Of a stretch of DNA of 64,000 nucleotides, positions 27,900 through 36,333 are shown in pieces; the first letter of the stretch is position 1; the number at the start of each line of letters is the position of its first letter. The translations under genes were made by a program, and so were the position numbers. The stretch covers positions 72,419 to 136,418 of the forward strand of contig CALVKQ010000003.1 in NCBI GenBank assembly GCA_944332815.1. Reading direction: 5' to 3'. The DNA is from an uncultured Clostridia bacterium (lineage in GTDB: Bacteria > Bacillota > Clostridia > Christensenellales > CAG-917). Below the pieces are notes generated by a model, which did not search any database, had not been told where the DNA came from, and saw only the letters and a list, made by a program, of their open reading frames with translations.

Positions 27900-30134
27900 T
27901 CAGTCCTTCCTGAACACGTCCGCAACGGAGCGGAACCAGTCTTTGAGGGCGACTTTGAGGGGTTTGTTGAGGGGTTTGACGTCCACCATCTTGCCCGTGT
28001 TGGTGATGTTATAGACCACGTAGCTGTAATACAGAGTGAGCAGCACGGAGAACACACTGAACACTATGAAGTCCGCGCCCGTGCGGTCGAAGCTGATGAT
28101 GGGTCCGTTCGGGCTCACCGCCGCAAAACCGGAGTTCTTGACGAGCAGCCCGACGCACAGGAAGGAAAGCAGTGCGTAACCCGCCATTATGCCGTATACC
28201 CTCTTTTCGCCGGACACCATGGCGTAGATGAGTCCGAGCGCGATGGTGAGGAAGAGATAGGTGTAGGTCACTTTGAGGGTGAACACCGCCACCATGGCAA
28301 GCGTGTAAGACGCGAGCAGTATGACTTCCTGACGGTTACGTTTTTTGAGGTACAGCGAGCAGATGTAGACCACCAGCACCAGGATGAACACCATGTTGAG
28401 GATGGACGCAGTGTTGTTGAAGCCCTGCCCGTTCAGCGTCGCCATGCCGTAGAAGCCGAACGCGTTGTCCACGAAGATCTGGTTGTTTATCATCTGGTTT
28501 GCGATCATGCGCATGCCGTAGAACGCGTTTTCGTCCAGGTGCCCCACCGCAACGGGAAGGGTGAGCAGATAGACTGCGACGAACGCCCCTATCAGACCGA
28601 AGACGATGACGGCGCGGTTCTTGCCGAACTTTTTGAGGCTGTCCGCGTCACGGTAATACATATATCCGAGATAGGTGACGGCGATGGGAGCGAGCGCGAG
28701 CGCACGCACATCCAGCACCACGGCAAGCGCCATCACCGCATACATCGCGATGTACTTCTTCTCGACGAGGAGGAGCACTGCCGCGACCATGAGCGCAAGC
28801 AGCAGGGACACGAAAGTGTTGCTCATGCCGCTCATGACCAAGGCGACGGGCAGCACCGCGTAAAGCGCCGCTATCACCACCGCGATCTTGTCGCCGGCGT
28901 ACTTCCTGCCGTAGAAGTAGATCATCGCCACGACCGCCATATCCGCGAGCACGCCCACCATCCTGATGAGGACGGACACGCCGTCGGGAGTGAGATTTTC
29001 ACCCATAGCGCCCATGATGGCGAGGATATACATCGCGCCGGGAGCCATGACGGAAACGTCGATGTCAAATTGAGAAGCGTTGGCGTAAACGTTGCCGACG
29101 CCGTTTTGCGCAAGCCATCTCGCAAGTTCCACCGTGGCGTTCATCTCACCGCCGAAGCCGTACATGGCGAGCAGGAAGATGAGCCTGAGGAGGAAGGTGC
29201 CCAGCATGAGCATGGCGGCGATGAACCAGGCATTGTTCCACCATTTGCCGGAAAACGCCGACTTGAATGCCGCAGCATACTTGGCGCTGCCCTTCACCGG
29301 TGCGCCGGAGGGTGCGGAAGAAGCGCCGGAAGAGGTGCCGTCAAAGTTGACGAACACATCCGATCTTGCATACATCTTGCGCACGATGACGTACGCGCAC
29401 ACCAACGCGACCGCGCAGAATATGGTCAGAAAGGTGACGAACAGGGTGCCGGAGAGCTCGCGGTTATAACGCGCAACCTGGGACATCCTGAAATCGTGCA
29501 CCTCGGTGCCGGACGGAAGCGCGGAAGCATCCACGCGCTTCATGGAGATGTTGTCGAAATACGCAGTACCTTCGCATTCCTCGCCCTCCGCGCCTATCGC
29601 GAGCGTAAGGGTGAGATAATCGGTGTTGAGAGGACGGACATAGAAGGTCTTGGTCACCCAACCGTCGGTCGTTTCTTCCTCGTGGTTGAAGTACCACCCG
29701 GTGTTTTCGAGGAAAGTGATGTACGCGCCCTTATAGGTGCTGTCGTCACCGCGCTCCATGGAGAACACTCTGACGTCGTAAGTGACGCAATAGACGGCGT
29801 TGCGGTCCACCGCGATCTCCTGCGACATCTTGACCCAGCCGCTCTCACCGTCCGTTGTGAGGACGATATAACCGCTGCCGTGATCTTCGTAGTCGGGATG
29901 CTCGGAATTGATGGGCTGCCTGCTGTAAGGGCTGTCTATCCCGTCCGAATAGGTCACCTTCCACTCGTCGAAGTACACGTTGCCGTCGTCGTTGCGGTTG
30001 TAATCCTCGAATCCGCCGTTGACGACCAGCTCTGCGTCGAGTGCGGTGCGCCCGTCGTTACACGCCGAAAGCACAAATAGTGCCAGTACGAGTACCAGCA
30101 CTATTACGGCTATGGAAACAAATCTTTTCTTCAT
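27900..30134 (-). CDS. Large membrane protein: lipoprotein-type signal, extracytoplasmic CBM-like beta domain, then a polytopic GT-C-like domain
   Basis: 744 aa. N-terminus MKKRF..LFVLSAC (lipobox-like), NGGFE motif, then at least 10 hydrophobic helices. The glycosyltransferase assignment is an inference. Confidence 0.55.
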   Translation of the reverse strand: MKKRFVSIAVIVLVLVLALFVLSACNDGRTALDAELVVNGGFEDYNRNDDGNVYFDEWKVTYSDGIDSPYSRQPINSEHPDYEDHGSGYIVLTTDGESGWVKMSQEIAVDRNAVYCVTYDVRVFSMERGDDSTYKGAYITFLENTGWYFNHEEETTDGWVTKTFYVRPLNTDYLTLTLAIGAEGEECEGTAYFDNISMKRVDASALPSGTEVHDFRMSQVARYNRELSGTLFVTFLTIFCAVALVCAYVIVRKMYARSDVFVNFDGTSSGASSAPSGAPVKGSAKYAAAFKSAFSGKWWNNAWFIAAMLMLGTFLLRLIFLLAMYGFGGEMNATVELARWLAQNGVGNVYANASQFDIDVSVMAPGAMYILAIMGAMGENLTPDGVSVLIRMVGVLADMAVVAMIYFYGRKYAGDKIAVVIAALYAVLPVALVMSGMSNTFVSLLLALMVAAVLLLVEKKYIAMYAVMALAVVLDVRALALAPIAVTYLGYMYYRDADSLKKFGKNRAVIVFGLIGAFVAVYLLTLPVAVGHLDENAFYGMRMIANQMINNQIFVDNAFGFYGMATLNGQGFNNTASILNMVFILVLVVYICSLYLKKRNRQEVILLASYTLAMVAVFTLKVTYTYLFLTIALGLIYAMVSGEKRVYGIMAGYALLSFLCVGLLVKNSGFAAVSPNGPIISFDRTGADFIVFSVFSVLLTLYYSYVVYNITNTGKMVDVKPLNKPLKVALKDWFRSVADVFRKD

Positions 30135-30142
30135 TGTTTACC

Positions 30143-30484
30143 TTACTTGACTTCTTTGAGTTTGGCGGCTTTACCGGTGCGTTCACGCAGGTAGTAGAGT
30201 TTTGCGCGTCTGACCTTGCCGTGACGAACGACTTCGATGTGGTCGATCTTGGGGGAATGCATGGGGAACGTTCTTTCAACGCCCACGCCGTAAGTCACGC
30301 GGCGGACGGTGAAAGTTTCGCGGATGCCGCCGTTCTTCTTGGCGATGACGATGCCTTCGTAAGACTGCAGCCTTTCGCGGTTGCCTTCAACGACTTTGAC
30401 GAAGACCTTGACCTGGTCGCCGATGGCGATCTCGGGCAGATCCGTTCTCATGCCCTCTTTCTCAATGGTGTCGATAATGTTCAT
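30143..30484 (-). CDS. rplS: 50S ribosomal protein L19
   Basis: 113 aa with a conserved L19 sequence ([23 protein letters not shown]). Confidence 0.95.
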   Translation of the reverse strand: MNIIDTIEKEGMRTDLPEIAIGDQVKVFVKVVEGNRERLQSYEGIVIAKKNGGIRETFTVRRVTYGVGVERTFPMHSPKIDHIEVVRHGKVRRAKLYYLRERTGKAAKLKEVK

Positions 30485-30647
30485 GTTGACTGTCCTCCTT
30501 TTTACTAAACGTTCTTATCGGTATCCCCGAAAGCGGAACGTCCGAGTCACGCGTGTTATAATATCATATATCAAATTTCTTTACAAGCAAATTGCGCGCC
30601 TGTTTTCAATTTTTATCCCCTTTTTTCGGGGTTTTTTGCCGCTTTTG

Positions 30648-30989
30648 TCAGGAACGGAATGCGTCCGGGATATAACGCGGCTCTCCGCAAACCACTTCCA
30701 CCACATCGAAACGGAAGTCCGCGCCGTAAAGCGCGCGCTCCGCTCTGTACGCCTCCGCCGCACGGATGTAACGCCGCTGTTGCTCGGGAGTGACGTGTTC
30801 GGATGGCGTCGACGTGGGATAGTCGGAGGCTTTCACTTCCGCAAACACCACCGTTCTGCCGTCCACCGCCAGGATGTCCACCTCCACGCCGGCTATCTTT
30901 TTGTTCCTCGCGACTATCTTCATCCCTCGTTTTTCAAGGAACTTTGCCGCGATCTCTTCCGCAATACTGCCCGACGCACGCCTGTTCAT
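30648..30989 (-). CDS. YraN-family (UPF0102) endonuclease-like protein
   Basis: GSIAEEIAAKFLEKRGMKIVARN...EVDILA...FAEVK pattern. Start at 30989 just after the rnhB stop; the track ORF extends to 31010. Confidence 0.8.
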   Translation of the reverse strand: MNRRASGSIAEEIAAKFLEKRGMKIVARNKKIAGVEVDILAVDGRTVVFAEVKASDYPTSTPSEHVTPEQQRRYIRAAEAYRAERALYGADFRFDVVEVVCGEPRYIPDAFRS

Positions 30990-30990
30990 G

Positions 30991-31608
30991 TCACTCGCCC
31001 GTCCCGACAAAATGTCCGATGAATGTCTTTCGGTGTATGGGGGTGGGCCCCAGCTCCTTCAACGCCGCGATGTGCTGCGCAGTGCCGTAACCCACGTTGG
31101 AAGCGAACCCGTAGCCGGGATAACGCCCGTCCATCTCAGTCATGAACGCGTCGCGCTCCACCTTTGCGAGTATGGATGCGGCGGCTATGGAATAGCTTAT
31201 CGCGTCGCCGTGTATGATGCCGAAAGTACGCACGGGGATGTCCAGTTTCACCGCGTCCACGATGACGACGTCCGGGGTGACGGCAAGCCCTGCCACCGCC
31301 TCCGCCATGCACGCTTTGGTGGCGGCGAGGATGTTCATCTCGTCTATCTTCGCGTTATCGTAAGATACCACCGAGTAAGCTATCGCCCTCTGTTTTATCT
31401 CCTGCGCAAGGCGTTCGCGCTTTTTCTTCGCCACCTTCTTGCTGTCGTTCACCCCTTCGATGAGAGCGTCGAGGGGCATGATGACGGCGGCGCAGGTCAC
31501 GGGCCCTGCGAGCGGACCTCTGCCCACTTCGTCCACGCCGCAGATATAACGGCACCCCTCGGCGAGAAGTGCGTTCTCATATTTCATAAGTTCGCTTGCA
31601 TGGACCAT
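30991..31608 (-). CDS. rnhB: Ribonuclease HII
   Basis: GVDEVGRGPLAGPV motif, 205 aa. Confidence 0.92.
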   Translation of the reverse strand: MVHASELMKYENALLAEGCRYICGVDEVGRGPLAGPVTCAAVIMPLDALIEGVNDSKKVAKKKRERLAQEIKQRAIAYSVVSYDNAKIDEMNILAATKACMAEAVAGLAVTPDVVIVDAVKLDIPVRTFGIIHGDAISYSIAAASILAKVERDAFMTEMDGRYPGYGFASNVGYGTAQHIAALKELGPTPIHRKTFIGHFVGTGE

Positions 31609-31617
31609 ATCTGCTTT

Positions 31618-32484
31618 TTATCCTTTCTTTTTTAGCACTAAACCCTGCGTTTTGGGTTTTTCCAGCATTATTTTGCCTATCCTGCCCTTTCTGAAATCAT
31701 CCAGGATGCACCTTGCCGTGCGCGCAAGATCGGGCTCTCCGCCCCTCACTTTGAAACCGCGTGCCGCGGCGATATCCTCAAAGAGGGTCAGGGTGTTTTC
31801 GGAAACGGCAGAAAGCGCGTAACGGTTTTTGAGCTCCTCGGAGTATTCCTCACTCACCTCTTCCAAAAAGGCGTACGCCAGCTCCTCGACATCCAGCACT
31901 TCGTCGCGTATGCTACCGATATAACCGAGGTGTTTCGCCACGCTCTCGTCGGTGAACTTGCCCCAAAGCGTGCCCGGGGTGTCCAGAAGGTCTACCCCTC
32001 CCACGCTCATCCACTGTTTGCCGCGGGTGACCCCGGGTCTGTCCCCCGTCACCGCGCCCGCTCTCTTGCACATGGCGTTGATAAGGGTGGACTTCCCCGA
32101 ATTGGGCACACCCACCACCATGGCGCGCACGGAAACTTTTGCGCCGCGTTCGCCGAAGCGCGCCAGCTTATCGGACGCCACTCTCTTCAACCCTTCCACT
32201 ATCGCGGAGCAGTCCCCCGAAGTGCCCACCGCTTTGACGTAGGTCTTGCCCTGCTCGTCAAAGGACGCGCACCATCGCGAAAGGTCCCCCTCTTTTACGA
32301 GGTCGCACTTGTTGAAAACGTACAGCACCTTTTTGCCGGCTATGAGTTTGTCAAAGAGAGGGTTGTTGCAGCTGAACACCGCGCGCGAGTCTATGACGTA
32401 AATGAGCGCGTCGACAAGACGGAGGTTTTCCTCCATCATGCGGATGGCTTTTGTCATATGTCCGGGGAACCATTGGATGTTCAT
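31618..32484 (-). CDS. rbgA: Ribosome biogenesis GTPase A (YlqF)
   Basis: MNIQWFPGHM, circularly permuted GTPase motifs NKCDL then GVPNSGKST. ATG at 32484 is preceded by GGAGA. Confidence 0.9.
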   Translation of the reverse strand: MNIQWFPGHMTKAIRMMEENLRLVDALIYVIDSRAVFSCNNPLFDKLIAGKKVLYVFNKCDLVKEGDLSRWCASFDEQGKTYVKAVGTSGDCSAIVEGLKRVASDKLARFGERGAKVSVRAMVVGVPNSGKSTLINAMCKRAGAVTGDRPGVTRGKQWMSVGGVDLLDTPGTLWGKFTDESVAKHLGYIGSIRDEVLDVEELAYAFLEEVSEEYSEELKNRYALSAVSENTLTLFEDIAAARGFKVRGGEPDLARTARCILDDFRKGRIGKIMLEKPKTQGLVLKKKG

Positions 32485-32491
32485 AATTATT

Positions 32492-32587
32492 TCTCCGGCC
32501 AAACGAAAAATGTTGTGTTACAACATTTTTGCCGGGCTCCGTTCCTTGTGCTCCGTGCGCAATGCGCACTCACCGCACTGCGTCACA
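32492..32587. repeat. 96-nt direct repeat, copy 1 (contains an 11-bp AT-rich hairpin and the rbgA Shine-Dalgarno)
   Basis: 88/96 identical by hand count to 32666-32761. Confidence 0.9.
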
Positions 32588-32665
32588 GCGGTTGCTTGTC
32601 CGCCGCGCATGTCGCCGTACAAGCGAGATCTTAGGCAGGGGTCTCCCCTGCACCCCGTTTTTGCA

Positions 32666-32761
32666 TCTCCGGCCAGACGAAAAATGTTGCTGCGCACCAT
32701 TTTTGCCGGGCTCCGTTCCTTGTGCTCCGTGCGCAATCCGCACTCACCGCACTGCGTCACA
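32666..32761. repeat. 96-nt direct repeat, copy 2
   Basis: Same unit 174 nt away, in the trmD-rbgA spacer. Confidence 0.9.
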
Positions 32762-32789
32762 AAAAAATTTTTATAGTCGTCCGCTGTGC

Positions 32790-33461
32790 TTATTTGTCCA
32801 ACAGGTCGGGGCGGCGTTCTTTGGTTATTTCCAGCGATCTTGCGGCTCGCCAGGCGTCCACCTCGCGGTGGTTGCCGCTCACCAGCACATCCGGCACGGA
32901 AAGTCCGCGGTAAACTTGCGGACGCGTGTATTGCGGATATTCCAGAAGTCCCGAGGAAAAACTCTCTTCGACGGTGCTTTCCGGGCTGCCGAGCACGCCG
33001 TCCAGATAACGCGAAACGGCGTTCATCACCACCAGCGCAGGCAGTTCGCCGCCAGTGAGGACATAATCCCCTACGGATATCTCGCGGTCGTAAGCGAGCT
33101 CCAACGCGCGCTCGTCCACTCCCTCGTAACCGCCGCAAAGGAAAAGCAGTTCGTTCTCCTTGGCAAGCTCCTTCGCCATGCTCTGTTTGAAAGGCTCGCC
33201 CTTCGGGGACATATAAATTCGCAGCGCCTTATGCTCGGGGTCGGCTGCCTCCGTAGCCCTGACTATGGGGTCGGGGGTCATGACCATACCTGCGCCGCCG
33301 CCGTAGGGATAGTCGTCCGTCTTGTGGTGCTTGTCCAGCGAGTAGTCGCGGATGTTGACCACGTTGACCTCGAACCTGCCCTCCTTGACCGCGCGCCCCA
33401 TTATGCCGAGATCCAGCACGCCGAAGTATTCCGGGAATATGGTGAGAAAATGGAACTTCAT
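32790..33461 (-). CDS. trmD: tRNA (guanine37-N1)-methyltransferase
   Basis: 223 aa, DDYPYGGGAGMVM, conserved operon position. Confidence 0.93.
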   Translation of the reverse strand: MKFHFLTIFPEYFGVLDLGIMGRAVKEGRFEVNVVNIRDYSLDKHHKTDDYPYGGGAGMVMTPDPIVRATEAADPEHKALRIYMSPKGEPFKQSMAKELAKENELLFLCGGYEGVDERALELAYDREISVGDYVLTGGELPALVVMNAVSRYLDGVLGSPESTVEESFSSGLLEYPQYTRPQVYRGLSVPDVLVSGNHREVDAWRAARSLEITKERRPDLLDK

Positions 33462-33964
33462 GCGTTGTACACCGCCGTTCTTGCGAACATCCTGCCGTCC
33501 AGTCTGATGACGCCGTTTTCCGCGTCTATCTCTCTTACGACCTCTTTGAGCGCAGGGAAACTGACGCTCCCTTCCGCGGTCTTGACGACGTAAACGTCCG
33601 CCGAGCCGTACTGCAAAACGTCGGCAAGCTCCCCTATCTTATCCCCGTCCGCGATGACGTCCGCACCGAGCAGATCGGCGATATAGAATCTCCCGTCCGG
33701 GGGAGGAGGAAGCTCCGCGCGCGTGACTTTGACTTCCTTGCCGCGCAGCTTTTCGGCGTCCTCCGGGGTGTCTACGCCTGCGAGTTTGGCATAGAGGAAA
33801 GCCCCCTCGTGTGAGGCGCTCTCCATGCGGTAATGCGTGCCTCCGATGTTGAGGGTCTTAAGATGCAACAGCCGCGCGGTGTTCTCGGAATAGGTTTCTA
33901 TCTTCACCACTCCCTTGATACCGCGCGGACGCAACACTCTGCCTATCGTGAATTCCGCTTTCAT
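33458..33964 (-). CDS. rimM: 16S rRNA processing protein RimM
   Basis: 168 aa. G.V.RPRGIKGVVKI start pattern, C-terminal PRC barrel, conserved operon position. Confidence 0.88.
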   Translation of the reverse strand: MKAEFTIGRVLRPRGIKGVVKIETYSENTARLLHLKTLNIGGTHYRMESASHEGAFLYAKLAGVDTPEDAEKLRGKEVKVTRAELPPPPDGRFYIADLLGADVIADGDKIGELADVLQYGSADVYVVKTAEGSVSFPALKEVVREIDAENGVIRLDGRMFARTAVYNA

Positions 33965-34194
33965 TCGTGCTCTTCGATGACTACGTTATAGCGCACGGAG
34001 GACTTGGCGGAAGCGGCTTTGACCAACACGCGGATGGCGCGCGCGATCTTGCCCTGCTTGCCGATGATCTTGCCGATGTCCTTCTTCGCGGCTATGACGA
34101 CAATGTCGGATTCGTCGCCGTTCTCGCGGAGTTCGACGGAATAATCCCCCTCCGGGACCAGCTTGCCGATCAGATATTCGACGAGTTCAAGCAT
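33961..34194 (-). CDS. KH-domain RNA-binding protein (YlqC-like)
   Basis: 77 aa with a GKIIGKQGKIARAIR GxxG loop. Lies between rpsP and rimM. Confidence 0.85.
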   Translation of the reverse strand: MLELVEYLIGKLVPEGDYSVELRENGDESDIVVIAAKKDIGKIIGKQGKIARAIRVLVKAASAKSSVRYNVVIEEHE

Positions 34195-34202
34195 ATGTCA
34201 CC

Positions 34203-34442
34203 TTAAATTATGCCGTGTTCCTTGAAGAGATTGCGGACGGTATCGGTGGGCTGTGCGCCGTTTGCGAGCCACTTCTTGGCGAGTTCGGCGTCTATCCTCA
34301 CGACCTTGGGATCGCTTGCGGGATCGTAGATGCCGATCTGCTCGATATACTGTCCGTCACGCGCCTTCCTGGAATCGGTGGCGACGATGCGATAGAAAGG
34401 TGCTTTCTTTGCGCCCATTCTGGTGAGTCTGAGTTTAACCAT
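34203..34442 (-). CDS. rpsP: 30S ribosomal protein S16
   Basis: [25 protein letters not shown]. Confidence 0.95.
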   Translation of the reverse strand: MVKLRLTRMGAKKAPFYRIVATDSRKARDGQYIEQIGIYDPASDPKVVRIDAELAKKWLANGAQPTDTVRNLFKEHGII

Positions 34443-34504
34443 TGTGTTTCTCCTTTTGCCTTGACGGCTTTATATAAAATTATTTTTGTCTGTTTCGCTT
34501 GCGG

Positions 34505-35842
34505 TCAGAACAGCCCTTTCATGCCCTTCATGCCGCGCAGCCCTTTCATGCCGCCCTTCTGCATCCTGGACATCATCTCGCGCGTCATCTCGAACTGTTT
34601 GAGCAGTTGATTGACCTCCTGTATGGAAGTGCCGCTGCCCTGCGCGATACGCTTCCTGCGGCTGCCTTTGATGATCTCGGGATTGCGGCGCTCCTTCGGG
34701 GTCATGGATTGGATGATGACCTTAGCGCGCATCAGTTTGCCTTCGTCGATATCCTCGCTCTTGACTTTGCCTGCCATGCCGGGGAGCATCTTCATCATGT
34801 CGCCGATGCCGCCCATCTTTTTAACGCTGTCCAGCTGTTCGAGGTAATCCTCCAAAGTGAAGGAATTGGCTTTGAGCTTCTTTTGCAGATTTTCCGCCTG
34901 CTCCTTGGAAAACGCCTGTTCAGCCTTTTCTATGAGGGTAAGCACGTCCCCCATGCCGAGGATACGGCTCGCCATCCTGTCCGGGTGGAAAGGCTCCAGG
35001 TCCTCGGGCTTTTCACCCGTGCCGCTGAACTTGATGGGTTTGCCCGTCACCGCCTTGATGGAGAGCGCCGCGCCGCCGCGCGTGTCGCCGTCCAGCTTGG
35101 TCATGATGACGCCCGTCACGTCCAGTTCGCGGTTGAAAGTGTCGGCGACGGTCACCGCGTCCTGCCCCGTCATGCTGTCCACGACAAGGAGTATCTCGGC
35201 AGGAGAAACCGCGGCTTTGACGTTGATGAGTTCCCTCATCAGATTTTCGTCGATGTGCAGTCTGCCGGCGGTGTCGATGATGACGGTGTCGAAACCGTTT
35301 TTGAGCGCGTGTTTGACGCCCTCTTTGGCTATCATCACGGGGTCGGACTGACCCATCTCGAACACCTCGGTGTTCACCTTTTTGCCGACTATCGCAAGCT
35401 GTTGGATGGCGGCCGGTCGATAGACGTCTGCCGCCACAAGCAGCACTTTTTTGCCTTGTTTGCGCAGATAAAGTGCCAGTTTGCCGCACATGGTGGTCTT
35501 GCCTGCGCCTTGCAGACCGCACATCATGTACACCGTGGGCGGACGGTCGGACACTGCGAGTTTCTGATGTTTGCTGCCCATCAGAGCCACGAGCTCGTCG
35601 TTGACTATCTTGACTATCTGCTGCGCCGGAGTGAGAGATTTTAAGATATCCTCCCCGAGCGCCTTTTCGCTCACTGAGGCGACAAAACTCTTGACCACTC
35701 CGAAGTTGACGTCGGCTTCAAGGAGCGCAACGCGTATCTCTCGCATCGCCTGCTTGATCTCCAGCTCCGTGAGTTTCCCCTTGTTGCGGAGCTTGGAAAA
35801 GATGTGATTCATCCTGTCGGACAGACTTTCGAATACGGACAT
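34505..35842 (-). CDS. ffh: Signal recognition particle protein Ffh
   Basis: GLQGAGKTT and a Met-rich M domain. Start at MSVFESLSDR (35842) with GGAGGA upstream, overlapping the ylxM stop by 1 nt. Confidence 0.93.
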   Translation of the reverse strand: MSVFESLSDRMNHIFSKLRNKGKLTELEIKQAMREIRVALLEADVNFGVVKSFVASVSEKALGEDILKSLTPAQQIVKIVNDELVALMGSKHQKLAVSDRPPTVYMMCGLQGAGKTTMCGKLALYLRKQGKKVLLVAADVYRPAAIQQLAIVGKKVNTEVFEMGQSDPVMIAKEGVKHALKNGFDTVIIDTAGRLHIDENLMRELINVKAAVSPAEILLVVDSMTGQDAVTVADTFNRELDVTGVIMTKLDGDTRGGAALSIKAVTGKPIKFSGTGEKPEDLEPFHPDRMASRILGMGDVLTLIEKAEQAFSKEQAENLQKKLKANSFTLEDYLEQLDSVKKMGGIGDMMKMLPGMAGKVKSEDIDEGKLMRAKVIIQSMTPKERRNPEIIKGSRRKRIAQGSGTSIQEVNQLLKQFEMTREMMSRMQKGGMKGLRGMKGMKGLF

Positions 35843-36168
35843 TATTCCTCCAATACGCCTTCGGCGTCTGCAAGGAGCGACTCGCACTCCTCCGTTCTGC
35901 CCTGCGCCAGGGCACGTTTGGCGTCGGCAATGAGCCCTATCACCTTTTTCTCGCGCTCCGCGGAACCCAGTTTTTCTTCCAGTTCCGCAAGCGTCTTTTC
36001 ACCGCGCCTTATCCCGTCCGCCACCGCCTGCCTGGACACCGAGAACATGGAGGCAAGTTCGCCGAGGGAAATATCCTCGTCGTAATGCAAGCGTATCCAC
36101 TCGTTCTGCTTGTCCGTAAGCAGCGCACCGTAGTAAGCGCGCAGGGTGCTGATCTCGAATCTGTTCAT
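35842..36168 (-). CDS. ylxM: YlxM/UPF0122 helix-turn-helix protein
   Basis: MNRFEISTLRAYYGALLTDKQ...ISLGELA..SRQAV. Forms the classic ylxM-ffh pair. Confidence 0.85.
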   Translation of the reverse strand: MNRFEISTLRAYYGALLTDKQNEWIRLHYDEDISLGELASMFSVSRQAVADGIRRGEKTLAELEEKLGSAEREKKVIGLIADAKRALAQGRTEECESLLADAEGVLEE

Positions 36169-36218
36169 AGGCGCTGTGTCAAGGCGCATGCCTTTGCAAA
36201 GGCGCAGACCTTGACACC

Positions 36219-36247
36219 ATTTTATCCGCGTACAGCCGCGATGTCAA
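36219..36247 (-). promoter_or_regulatory. Candidate promoter of ylxM-ffh
   Basis: TTGACA, 17-nt spacer, TAAAAT on the minus strand. Confidence 0.5.
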
Positions 36248-36291
36248 GCGTTTGACTGCGTTTGGCGTGGCAAAAAGAACTGCAAAAGGCT

Positions 36292-36318
36292 AAAAAAATG
36301 CGCCGCACAAAGCGGCGC
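36292..36318 (-). terminator. Rho-independent terminator after ftsY
   Basis: GCGCCGC-tttgt-GCGGCGC followed by ATTTTTTT on the minus strand. Confidence 0.75.
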
Positions 36319-36333
36319 GGATAGGTTTATTCG

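Noticed and set aside
27762-30080. 772-aa plus-strand ORF, together with similar long plus-strand ORFs at 3054-4169, 5386-6684, 8627-10102, 19942-21297, 50177-52270 and 53227-54915.
   Set aside because: Each lies antisense to a well-conserved minus-strand gene. Their peptides are Arg/His/Gly/Val-rich nonsense with no motifs. Long stop-free antisense frames are expected in GC-rich coding DNA.
32492-32761. Possible miniature CRISPR array.
   Set aside because: There are only two copies, the unit is 96 nt (far longer than CRISPR repeats), and there are no cas genes in the window.
32518-33138. 206-aa minus-strand ORF that translates the 96-nt repeats into a repeated peptide (VTQCGEC.LRTEHKERSPAKM).
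   Set aside because: It runs out of frame through trmD and is Arg-rich, with no start context. The peptide repeat is simply a consequence of the DNA repeat.
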